From a bacterium (GTDB lineage: Bacteria > Patescibacteriota > WWE3 > 2-01-FULL-39-13 > JAACPI01): a stretch of DNA of 64,000 nucleotides. Made by a program: the position numbers and the translations under genes. Shown piece after piece: positions 1-9,135 of the stretch. Location: NCBI GenBank assembly GCA_009995545.1, contig JAACPI010000001.1, positions 115,698 through 179,697 on the forward strand, written 5' to 3'. Below the pieces are notes generated by a model. That model had not been told where the DNA came from, searched no databases, and was given only the letters and a program-made list of their open reading frames with translations. Every line of letters starts with the position of its first letter. Positions within the stretch are counted from its first letter, which is position 1.

Positions 1-331
1 TACTTGAGCTTAAAGGCTCGAAACGAAGTATTAACATCAATTAAATACTTCCCTGCGAAACTATAAGTAAATCAAGCACCCTAACGTTAGGAGATATTAT
101 ACACATTAAATGTGTAGTGTAAAGTACTAAAATAACCTATAGTATTAAGGTGCTGCAGTTTAAAAACAGAATTCCTAACCTCTATCTAAACTTGGAGTGA
201 TTCCTCTGGTTACTACTGTGGGAGGAGTTAATTCTGTGTTCATTTACAAAACCCTTTGATATATCTAAAATAGCAACAGTAAAACTAACACCACATTAAC
301 GACCTCGCCCGTCAAAAATACATTACCTATT

Positions 332-1030
332 ATGATATTAGACAACGTAAACAACTTATCTAACGTATTAAATGTTCCAGTATACGCAATGGTTTTGCTG
401 GGCATTGTACCTACAATAGCTACAATAGTAAGTTTTGGTAGACACGTTTTAGGCTTTAAAAGTTTTAGTATTTATGTGCCTATTATTACCAGTATTGTTT
501 TTTTAGACTTAGGTTTAGTTTATGGCTTGGTAGTAGCCTCAATTGTGTTGTTTACTACTCTTATTACCCGAAGGTTACTGATTAAATTTAGAATGCACTA
601 CTTTGTGCGAATTTCTTTTATATACACAATTGTTTGCTTTTTGCTTTTTGGTGTTTTGGTTACTTTGTCGTTTTTTAGCTATGGTGAGCTTTTAAACTTT
701 AAACCTCTTTTTCCGGTAATTTTATTGGTTACCCTAGTAGAAGAGTATTTTAATAGTGTAGTAAAAGATGGGGAAAACAAAGTTATGCTGATGTTTTTAG
801 AAACCTTAGGTATAAGTACTTTAAGCTACTTTATAATTTCTAGTGCATTTTTTACTTCAGTAATTTTAAATAATTTATGGCTTTTGCTTTTGCTTTTTCC
901 TATAAACATAGCTTTAGCAGGGTGGGAAGGCCTGCGTTTTAGTGAGTTATCTAGGTTTAAATCGGTAATTTTAAACGAAATGAACGCAATAGAAGCGGAG
1001 GCAGATACTAAAAAGGAGAAAAAGAAATGA
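332..1030 (+). CDS. Polytopic (about 7 TM) integral membrane protein; likely membrane partner of the downstream ATP-grasp ligase
   Basis: 232-aa ORF with about 7 hydrophobic helices and a Lys/Glu-rich C-terminus. TGA stop overlaps the next ATG (ATGA), indicating translational coupling with the ATP-grasp gene. Resembles the 7TM partner of TIGR02291-type ligase systems (established family association; assignment by inference). Confidence 0.5.
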   Translation: MILDNVNNLSNVLNVPVYAMVLLGIVPTIATIVSFGRHVLGFKSFSIYVPIITSIVFLDLGLVYGLVVASIVLFTTLITRRLLIKFRMHYFVRISFIYTIVCFLLFGVLVTLSFFSYGELLNFKPLFPVILLVTLVEEYFNSVVKDGENKVMLMFLETLGISTLSYFIISSAFFTSVILNNLWLLLLLFPINIALAGWEGLRFSELSRFKSVILNEMNAIEAEADTKKEKKK

Positions 1031-2472
1031 ACCGACTTAGCTTATTTTTAAAAGCTAGTCAAAATGTACTGGGAATAAATGAACGCAATCTTTCTTTTAC
1101 CAAACGTTTTAATAGGGGAAAAAGTAGGTTGTTGGCCGATAATAAGTACAAAACTTATCGTTTACTTAGAAAAAACAAAATCCCAGTTCCCAAATCTTAC
1201 GCAATATTAAAAAAACAATCAGATTTAGCTGATTTTTCATTCGAAAGTATTCCCAGTACCTTTGTTGTTAAGCCAGCATTTGGCTTAGGGGGGACAGGAA
1301 ATTTACTAATTTTTAGTAGAAGTACTAAAACAGGGGATTGGATTGGTATTAATGGTAAAAGATATACCGAAAACGAACTAAAAAGTTTTTGCCAGGCTAT
1401 TCTAGAAAATGCTTTTGCTCTAGATTTTGCAAAAAAAGACGACTTTGTAATTATTCAAGAGAGAATAAAAATAACTAAATCTTTTAGGGCTATAAGCTAT
1501 CCTAAGGGGATACCAGATGTTCGAATAGTAGTGTACAAAAAAATTCCTCTAATGGCCATGTTAAGGCTTCCTACTAAAACAAGCGATGGTAAGGCTAATT
1601 TACATTTAGGGGGTATTGGTGTTGGAATTGACCTTGCAACTGGAATTACTACTTCTGCTGTTCATTACGATGAGCCTATTGAAAAACACCCAGATACTGG
1701 GGTTAATTTAAGTGGTTTTAGTATACCTATGTGGAAAGACATTTTAAAAATTGCCCAAAAGTCAGTCGATGTTTTGGGTTTAGACTTTGGTGCTGTAGAT
1801 GTTGTTTTAGATATTGATCAGGGTCCTATGATTTTAGAGCTTAATGCAAGGCCTGGTTTGTCTATTCAGCTTGCAAATCAGGAGGGCTTAAAGGGCAGAA
1901 TTAATCGCGTTAAGGGTATTAAACCCAGATCGCTACTCCATGCACGTAAAATAGGTACAAGCTTGTTTGGCGGTGAAATTGAGGACACTGTTTTTGACGT
2001 AACAGGGATGCAGGTCGCAGGTTTCATAGCTATGGCAAATTTTTATGGAATTGATCAAAAAGTAGCTAAAAGAATTAAAGTTAAAAATGACACCGGGGCT
2101 CTTTACAGTAGTATTGATAGGGATTTAGCTGATAAATTAGGTTTTGATAAAGCATTAAGTGATTTTGACGAATTAGAGCTTAATAAAACCTACCACGATA
2201 GGGTAGAGGCTTTGCAGCATAAAAAACAAATGGCCAAATTGGTTAAAGATCACCCTGAGATCATTGGTTTAACGGTGGTAAAGTCAGGAAATGGTATCAC
2301 AATTAGACCAAAAGTTAGGATTGGTATAGAGATGGAGGGAAAGAGAATTGAGGCCATTGTTAACATTGCTGATCGAAGTAACATGCTCTATAAAGGTATA
2401 ATTGGAAGAAGAACCTTGCGCAAAAACTTTTTAGTAGATAGCAATAAAATATTTAACAGGTACAAAGACTAA
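1027..2472 (+). CDS. RimK-related ATP-grasp ligase (alpha-L-glutamate ligase-related type) fused to a C-terminal retropepsin-like (DTGA) aspartyl-protease-like domain
   Basis: N-terminus 'VLGINERN...RLLADNKYKTYRLLRKNKIPVPKSYAIL' matches the RimK-like ATP-grasp N-terminal signature. ATP-grasp core motifs include 'ILELNARPG'. C-terminal 'RIKVKNDTGALYSSIDRDLADKLGF ... YKGIIGRRTLRK' has the D-T-G-A retropepsin motif typical of the 'putative ATP-dependent Zn protease' (PF05618-like) family. Confidence 0.6.
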   Translation: MNRLSLFLKASQNVLGINERNLSFTKRFNRGKSRLLADNKYKTYRLLRKNKIPVPKSYAILKKQSDLADFSFESIPSTFVVKPAFGLGGTGNLLIFSRSTKTGDWIGINGKRYTENELKSFCQAILENAFALDFAKKDDFVIIQERIKITKSFRAISYPKGIPDVRIVVYKKIPLMAMLRLPTKTSDGKANLHLGGIGVGIDLATGITTSAVHYDEPIEKHPDTGVNLSGFSIPMWKDILKIAQKSVDVLGLDFGAVDVVLDIDQGPMILELNARPGLSIQLANQEGLKGRINRVKGIKPRSLLHARKIGTSLFGGEIEDTVFDVTGMQVAGFIAMANFYGIDQKVAKRIKVKNDTGALYSSIDRDLADKLGFDKALSDFDELELNKTYHDRVEALQHKKQMAKLVKDHPEIIGLTVVKSGNGITIRPKVRIGIEMEGKRIEAIVNIADRSNMLYKGIIGRRTLRKNFLVDSNKIFNRYKD

Positions 2473-2588
2473 GATTACTAATTTCAAATTACTAACTGCA
2501 CTAATTGTTCTAAGTGAAGAACAGAAGAACTATTACTGAAAGAAAACAAAAAAGTGTAAATTAATAAGTATTAAGTTTCGACTATTCT

Positions 2589-3461
2589 ATGAAAATTGCA
2601 TATATAACATCTAAACCAAATATGAAAGAAACCTACAGGGTTAGAGAAGAAATGGAGGCTTTAGGTCATAGCGTAATTTTAATTAATCTGAGCGACAGCA
2701 GCTTTATATTTAATGAAAGTGGGGTTAAAAATACCCTAATTTCTAAAGAAACCTTTGACATTATCATCGCAAGAGATGTGTTGTCCTACATTAAGCATTA
2801 TGCAACTTTAGTAGAAACTTACCGTAAAAGAGGTATAAAAGTTTACGATAATGGTTTAACAGAGCTAAAATATGTAATAAACAAGCCTGTAGATTTAATG
2901 AAGTTAGCAAGTGTGGGGGTAGCTATACCTAAAACTTTTTTTACAAAAGATTTTGGAGACTATCGAAAAGCTGCAAAGTCGTTTGGTTTTCCTTTAATCT
3001 TTAAAAAAACCAATATGGGAAAAGGAGTAGGTATTTATTTAATGAAAAGCGAAGAAGAATTTGCCGCCTTTTTAGATCAAGAAATTAAAGATGAGGTAAA
3101 GGCAACTAGTTATTTAATGCAGGAGTTTATTGAGTACGAGCACGATTTGCGAGTTTTAGTAATAGGTGATCAAATGTTCGCAATGAAGAGAATTCCAAAA
3201 GAAGGGGATTTTAGAGCAAATTACTCTTTAGGCGGAACGGTAAAATTATTTGAAATAACACCTGAAATAAAAGAATTAGCAACAAAAGCTATAAATGCAG
3301 TCGGAATGAACTATGGAGGTGTAGATGTTTTAATAGACAAAAGTGGAAAACTCTATATTTTAGAGGTAAACCATAATGCAGGGTTTGCAGGAATGGAAGA
3401 AGCCACAGGCAAAAATATAGGAAAAATGTATGTAGAACATGCATTAAAAAGTGCCAAATAA
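2589..3461 (+). CDS. RimK-family ATP-grasp ligase (paralog 2)
   Basis: 290 aa. 'EFIEYEHDLRVLVIGDQMFAMKRIPKEGDFRANYSLGGTV...GGVDVLIDKSGKLYILEVNHNAGF' are classic RimK / glutamate-ligase ATP-grasp motifs. Confidence 0.75.
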   Translation: MKIAYITSKPNMKETYRVREEMEALGHSVILINLSDSSFIFNESGVKNTLISKETFDIIIARDVLSYIKHYATLVETYRKRGIKVYDNGLTELKYVINKPVDLMKLASVGVAIPKTFFTKDFGDYRKAAKSFGFPLIFKKTNMGKGVGIYLMKSEEEFAAFLDQEIKDEVKATSYLMQEFIEYEHDLRVLVIGDQMFAMKRIPKEGDFRANYSLGGTVKLFEITPEIKELATKAINAVGMNYGGVDVLIDKSGKLYILEVNHNAGFAGMEEATGKNIGKMYVEHALKSAK

Positions 3462-3510
3462 ATTTGTAATATTACTTTTCATTTTGCATTTTAAATTTTA
3501 AACTACTCTT

Positions 3511-4443
3511 ATGAACATATTAATCGCTGGTTTAGTTAAAGGTTCACAAGCCACAAGGTTGATTGAAGAAGGAACAAAATTAGGACATGCCGTTCATGGC
3601 ATTTTCGGGTCTCATTTAGTTAGCAGATTTAATGGTAATTTTGTAGATATTGAATTTAGAGATCACCCTTTAAAGCCCCAAGACTACGATATTGTATATT
3701 TAAAGCTAACTGGAAAAACTAAGTTCGACTGGTACCTGGTAGCAAGGCATTTACACGATAAGTTTGGTTTACAGGTTGTGCCCGATAAATACGTATTAGA
3801 CGATTACACCGTTTTTTATTCCCCTCAGGCAGATTATTTAAAACAGGCCGAAGATGCTTCTTTAAAATACCCAAAATCAGTTATCTTTAAGAATGCTGCA
3901 AGTTTAAAAAACGCCATTAAAGGGTTTGAATTTCCTTTAATCTTAAAGCTGTCTGGAGGAAGTTTTGACAGAAAGGGTAGGGGAGTAAAGTTAGTTAGTA
4001 GTTTGGGGGAGCTAAAAGCTTTAATTAAGGAACACAGAGAAGACTCCGAAAGATTTACCTTACGTGAGTTTATACCTAATAATGGAGATTTAAGGGTTTT
4101 TACGGTGGGTTATAAAGCAATAGGTGCTATGAAGCGAACACCTAAAGAAGGGGATTTTAGAAGCAACATAAGCCAAGGAGGAGACGGGGAAGAGTTTGAT
4201 TTGTCTACCAGACCCGATATTGTTCAAATGGCAGAAAAACTTAGCAAAATTACTCGAACGGAGGTTGCAGGTGTGGATATTATGTTACATAAAGAAACGG
4301 GTGAGCCCTATATTTTAGAAATTAACCCCGGTCCGCAATTCGAAGGGTTAGAGAAATACACAAAGGTAAATGCTGCAAAGGAAATAATTAGATATTTTGA
4401 GAGTAAGGTTAAGGGGTTAGGTTACCTTCCTGAGAGTTCATAA
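3511..4443 (+). CDS. RimK-family ATP-grasp ligase (paralog 3)
   Basis: 310 aa. 'LREFIPNNGDLRVFTVGYKAIGAMKRTPKEGDFRSNISQGGDGE...AGVDIMLHKETGEPYILEINPGPQFEG'. Confidence 0.75.
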   Translation: MNILIAGLVKGSQATRLIEEGTKLGHAVHGIFGSHLVSRFNGNFVDIEFRDHPLKPQDYDIVYLKLTGKTKFDWYLVARHLHDKFGLQVVPDKYVLDDYTVFYSPQADYLKQAEDASLKYPKSVIFKNAASLKNAIKGFEFPLILKLSGGSFDRKGRGVKLVSSLGELKALIKEHREDSERFTLREFIPNNGDLRVFTVGYKAIGAMKRTPKEGDFRSNISQGGDGEEFDLSTRPDIVQMAEKLSKITRTEVAGVDIMLHKETGEPYILEINPGPQFEGLEKYTKVNAAKEIIRYFESKVKGLGYLPESS

Positions 4444-4773
4444 TCTTACTTTATAGTATTTTTGAATTTACCTAAATTTTCCTCTTTTAAGGGTGATAAC
4501 TCGCTTTTTGACAACATAGATAAAATTACCCCAAACTTTAATACTTGAATTTCCAATATGGATAAAAAAATTGTACAGAATTTTTTATTTATACCTTGAA
4601 ATCACCCGAGATCTATCCGTATTAAAATGGCTCTCATTAGGGGTTTATAGGGTTTATTGAACAAAAAATTTAAGAAGTAAATAAAATTGTTTGGCAATAA
4701 TCTAGGTGGTTTAAGTAAAGGGTTTTTAGATGGTTTAAAACTTATAATCGGTTAATTTGATATAATTTAAAAT

Positions 4774-6217
4774 ATGACAGAAAAAAGAGAAAAAATTGTT
4801 TGCATAGTTGATAATTTCGCGGAAGTACCAATGCCTGAGGTTGGGGATGTTAAGCTACAAGGACGATTAGATGCTCTTTTACAAGAACAGGATTACGCCC
4901 AAATTTATGAGTTGGGGTCTACTAATCCCAGTGCCTACCCCTATGCAATAGTTTTAGCTTTTAATTTAGGCTACTTGGAATCTATATCTGGTCACCTAAA
5001 GTTCTTTTATCACAATGATATAGAACCTTCCTCGCTCACTGTTAAAAACGGAGGTGATTTAGCTGTGGTTGCTGCTGCTTATACCTCTTTTTATACTAGG
5101 TGGGGTAATAGAGACAACCATTGGTGCAATATGGGGGTTTTAACAGGTCCACGTATCCCCATTAATGAAGATTACTTTCCTAGAATTAATTTTGGTTCTG
5201 AAAAACTTGATCAAGAAATATTAGAACTACTGCAAAAGGTTAATGGGGTTACCTACCAACAAGCCCTGGATCCGGAATACCTTACTTTTTATAAACAACT
5301 GTCTTTTCTAAGTAGAAAACGTGCAATTTACCACGGGGTTTATCCCCAAGGGAAAACACGAGAGGAAGGAGTGGACTACGTATTAACCCATGCAGTTTGT
5401 GAGGCTTTAATTGCCCAGAGTCAACTCGAAGACCCCACTTTACAGGGTTATCGAAAAGATTTTGTTACAGGTCGTGCAAGAAGAGCCTACACCCTTGCCC
5501 AAAAAACTATGGAGAGTATCTATGGTTTTAATATACCTGATTTAGAGAATGGGGGTTTAGATCGTTTAGGAGAATCCCGTAGAATAAAGTATTTGGCTTA
5601 TTATCAGGAGGTAATTCAGCGACTTTTAGCTTATGACCCTGAAGATAGCCGGGTAATATCTAGGGATATGAGCAGCTGGTACCTTGATAAATCTACAAAA
5701 TGGAGGGATTTCTCAAGGGCAGTCAGGCCGTTAGCTACCTCTCTAGGTCCTTTTTGGTTTTATGCTGAGGATAATGTGCCAAAAGAGGTTAAGGATAAAG
5801 GGGGGGGGGTATCGTAAACGCAGAGAAGCCTATAACGATTGGTTTATGAACCGAATGAGGAAAGAGAAATCAGAATCTAGGAGAGAAGAGCTGCTTGCAA
5901 ATGCAAAAGGAGATATTGCAGTTTGGAATTCCCGATTTGCAGGCAAAGTTCCCTTCTTTATTCGAGGGGACAACGGTGAGCTAGAGGTTACTTTTGAAAT
6001 AGACTTACGCGAAGCGGAACTGTGCCTTGGTTCACCGCAGGAGCTGGGGAGAATTCAGGCCACGGTTAGAACATCCTTTGCTATTGATTCTTCTAGAAAA
6101 TCCAAGCTTGCCAAAATTTTACACCCTGACGCTCTAGGAATACCCGCCGAACTTGAGGAATCCTACGCTTTAGAACGAAAACTAAAGGAGGAGATTTTTA
6201 AAATCCGTAATATTTGA
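4774..6217 (+). pseudogene. GC-rich hypothetical gene split by a +1 frameshift at a G10 homopolymer (frame 1 ORF 4774-5817, frame 2 ORF 5762-6217); phase-variable or degraded
   Basis: The two overlapping ORFs change frame exactly at G10 (5800-5809). Local GC is about 42-46% against a window background of about 34%. No recognisable domain. Confidence 0.5.
5800..5809. repeat. G10 homopolymeric tract (slipped-strand candidate)
   Basis: Ten consecutive G at the frameshift point of the 4774-6217 gene. Confidence 0.9.
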
Positions 6218-6384
6218 TATTAGGTGCAAAGACCTCTATTTAGGGCCTTTATCGGAATATTTCCGCCAACAATTTTCATTAGGGTTTATATTTTGTAATT
6301 GCTTGGGTACAACTTGCTTTAAGCTGATTTAGCACCTAACAAGGTTGCAAATCACCCTAAGAGTAGTATATAATCACCCCTGTT

Positions 6385-6699
6385 ATGAAAGACAAGATAC
6401 ACCCAAAAGTTAATAAAAAAGCTAAAGTTACTTGTAACTGTGGCCACACCTTTACAACTACCAGTGTTTTAGAAGAAATTAGGGTAGAAGTTTGTAGTCA
6501 ATGTCACCCCTTTTATACAGGTGTTGAGAAGTTTATAGACACAGAGGGTAGAGTAGACAGCTTTAAGAGAAAACAAGATGTCGCAAAAGAAAGACAAAAA
6601 GTTATTTTGCAAAAATTAAAAGTAAAAAAGACTAAAGAAAAAGAACAAAAACAAGGCCCCTTGTCCTTAAAAGATTTACTTAAACAGGCGGGTAAATAA
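6385..6699 (+). CDS. rpmE: 50S ribosomal protein L31 with Lys-rich C-terminal extension
   Basis: 'MKDKIHPKV...[13 protein letters not shown]...[13 protein letters not shown]' is the L31 zinc-ribbon signature. Confidence 0.85.
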   Translation: MKDKIHPKVNKKAKVTCNCGHTFTTTSVLEEIRVEVCSQCHPFYTGVEKFIDTEGRVDSFKRKQDVAKERQKVILQKLKVKKTKEKEQKQGPLSLKDLLKQAGK

Positions 6700-6734
6700 T
6701 TCTTTAACTCCCAAATTGCCTCGGATTACTCTAG

Positions 6735-7544
6735 ATGCGATCGTTTAATTCCTCTATACTTATTGTAATGTCTAGGGTATTACATCGTTTTTATTATAAA
6801 AAATATATATTTATTCTTTCCTCTATTGCCTTTATTACGGTAATTTTTGGATTGTTTTCTTACTATAATCAAAATAAAAACTATACAGATATTAACGTTA
6901 TTGATCTGATTGAAGAAGAGGAGCAGTCAAACCTAGATAAGAAACCTAGCAAGGGGACTGAAGAGGGAGATTCGAAACTAAATTTTACCATAAAAGGAAA
7001 AGTTACGGGTATTACCAATAACTTAGATAGGCCTTCCGTAAAAGTAAGAATATCTACAAAAAATTTGACCGGCGAGATAGTTCAACGAGTTTTAGGTCTG
7101 GATTATGATAATAGTTTTTTATTTGAAGCAGGGGAAATAAGTAGAAACGAGGAGGTTGTGATTTTACTTGAAAGTCCCGACTATATATTTTACCCCTCAC
7201 GGAAGGCTGTATTAACAGATAGATCTGTGGAGTCGTTGGAATTTAAAGCTACCGTAAAAGAACTGTCTTCGGATAACCTAAATCTAACTGGCAAAATAAG
7301 TGCCCCCGGAAATTTAACGGGGATTGTTTATTTAATAGGTTGGGATGCTGCCGATAACTCTAGAATTAAAAAATTTACTAGCATAAATTCTGCAGGAGAG
7401 TTTAAATTTTTAGACTTGCAGAGTGGTACTTACTTAATTCTTCCCGAGATTAAAGATTATAGATTTTTTCCTGAGAGCAAGCAGGTTGAATTGGTTAACA
7501 AAGATACTAGAATAAACTTTATAGGGACTAAAAGTTTATTCTAA
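6735..7544 (+). CDS. Membrane-anchored protein with carboxypeptidase-regulatory-like (transthyretin-like) beta-sandwich repeats
   Basis: N-terminal TM helix. C-terminal 'GKISAPGNLTGIVYLIGWDAADNSRIKKFTSINSAGEFKFLDLQSGTYLILPEIKDYRF' resembles a CarboxypepD_reg domain. True start may be the internal Met near 6768. Confidence 0.4.
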   Translation: MRSFNSSILIVMSRVLHRFYYKKYIFILSSIAFITVIFGLFSYYNQNKNYTDINVIDLIEEEEQSNLDKKPSKGTEEGDSKLNFTIKGKVTGITNNLDRPSVKVRISTKNLTGEIVQRVLGLDYDNSFLFEAGEISRNEEVVILLESPDYIFYPSRKAVLTDRSVESLEFKATVKELSSDNLNLTGKISAPGNLTGIVYLIGWDAADNSRIKKFTSINSAGEFKFLDLQSGTYLILPEIKDYRFFPESKQVELVNKDTRINFIGTKSLF

Positions 7545-7587
7545 ATGAATTGTACTTGTTAGTTACGGGGGGTTATACTTACTTACT

Positions 7588-9066
7588 GTGAGAAAAGATG
7601 TACAAGAAATTATTGATCGGTATGAAAGCTACCACCCAAACCCCCGTTCACATATTATAAAAAGTGCATACAAGTTAGCTGAAATTTTATATTTTGGTGA
7701 AAAGCGAGTTAATGAAGAACCTTGGCTAGATCATGCAATCAGAATTTCCAATTATTTATCAAAACTTGGATTAGACTCCATTACTATATCAGCAGGATTA
7801 CTTCACGACTCCTTAGAGTTTGGTTTAACCTATAAAGAGATTGAACAAGAGGTTGACCCTGATGTAGCCGAGTTAGTGCAAAACATTATTACTATAAAGG
7901 AGATTAGAGGGAAGGGAGTTGTTAATGGGTCCGACGGGGGCCAAGTAGAGTATTTGAGAAGATTAATTATTTCTACTGCAAAAGATGTTAGGGCTGTAAT
8001 AATAAGATTAGTAGAAAAACTGGATTCTCTTAAAACTGTGGAGTATTTAGAGGGACAAAAAAAACAATTGGTTTTAGATAACGCTTTAAATTTATATGCC
8101 CCCCTGGCAGAACAAATTGGTTTAAATAACCTTAAGTCAGATATAGAAGATGCCGCTTTTGAAAGACTCGACCCAGAAACTTTTAAAAAACTTCAGCATA
8201 CATTGGACACACACCCAGTAACTAACGACAAATATATTAAAGAGGTTACTGAAATTATTAAAGATATTATTCAATCAGAAAAAATAGATCTAGTGGACTA
8301 TTATGGTCGAAAAAAGCGACCTTACTCACTTAATAAAAAAATCATTCGGTACATGCAAAAATTTAATTATAGTGAGGCATCCGCTATAGAGAGTATCCAC
8401 GATAAAGTAGCCTTTAGAATAATTTTAAATTCTGTGGAAGATTGTTATAAAGTATTAGATCTGCTCCATAATAGTTTTAAATACATCCCTTCGGAATTTG
8501 ATGACTATATCTCTAAGCCTAAACCAAATGGATATAAAAGTTTGCAGACTTCTTTAGAATTACTAAACGGTCATTTTGCTGAGGTGCAAATAAGAACTTT
8601 AGATATGCACCGCCACAACGAATACGGTATGGCTAGTCATATCATTTACAAGTTAAATGACGCAAAATCAGATGCTCCTGCAAGTGAAAAGATAGAGGTG
8701 CTAAAAAGATTAATATCTTGGAAAGATGGTATTTTAACAACAGATAAGAGTGGGGTTAATATTGAGGAGATAGAAAAATACCTTTTTGTTTTTACTCCAA
8801 AGGGTGATCTATTTGAATTACCTAAAAATTCTACAGCCTTAGACTTTGCATATATACTACACTCCGATCTTGGACATAAGGCCGTTAGAGCAAAAATAAA
8901 TGGGGTACTAAAGCCCCTTAATGTTATACCAAAAAATGGCGACGTAATAGAAATTATTTGTGACATTAAAAAAAAGGGTCCTAGCAGGGATCACTTAGAA
9001 TTTGTAGTGAGTAAGGAGGCCCGGTTAAATATCAAAAAATGGCTACGTAGAGATTTAAAGATATAA
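7588..9066 (+). CDS. rel: Bifunctional (p)ppGpp synthetase/hydrolase, RelA/SpoT family (HD + synthetase + TGS; no ACT domain)
   Basis: HD motif 'AGLLHDSLE', synthetase motif 'YKSLQTSL...EVQIRTLDMHRHNEYGMASHIIYK', TGS-like 'FVFTPKGDLFELPKNSTALDFAYILHSDLGHK'. GTG start. Confidence 0.85.
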   Translation: MRKDVQEIIDRYESYHPNPRSHIIKSAYKLAEILYFGEKRVNEEPWLDHAIRISNYLSKLGLDSITISAGLLHDSLEFGLTYKEIEQEVDPDVAELVQNIITIKEIRGKGVVNGSDGGQVEYLRRLIISTAKDVRAVIIRLVEKLDSLKTVEYLEGQKKQLVLDNALNLYAPLAEQIGLNNLKSDIEDAAFERLDPETFKKLQHTLDTHPVTNDKYIKEVTEIIKDIIQSEKIDLVDYYGRKKRPYSLNKKIIRYMQKFNYSEASAIESIHDKVAFRIILNSVEDCYKVLDLLHNSFKYIPSEFDDYISKPKPNGYKSLQTSLELLNGHFAEVQIRTLDMHRHNEYGMASHIIYKLNDAKSDAPASEKIEVLKRLISWKDGILTTDKSGVNIEEIEKYLFVFTPKGDLFELPKNSTALDFAYILHSDLGHKAVRAKINGVLKPLNVIPKNGDVIEIICDIKKKGPSRDHLEFVVSKEARLNIKKWLRRDLKI

Positions 9067-9135
9067 TTTTTCTGTGTTCTATAGATTGTAGGGACATAGC
9101 TTTCTTATAATTTGGTGTTAATCTATAATTTATAA

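Noticed and set aside
1-66. Possible 3' end of an upstream + strand gene (frame 1 open to TAA at 64-66)
   Set aside because: Only 21 codons visible. Cannot be distinguished from non-coding sequence.
8646-8966. 106-aa minus-strand ORF inside rel
   Set aside because: Antisense to a well-supported RelA/SpoT gene and low-complexity. Typical shadow ORF.
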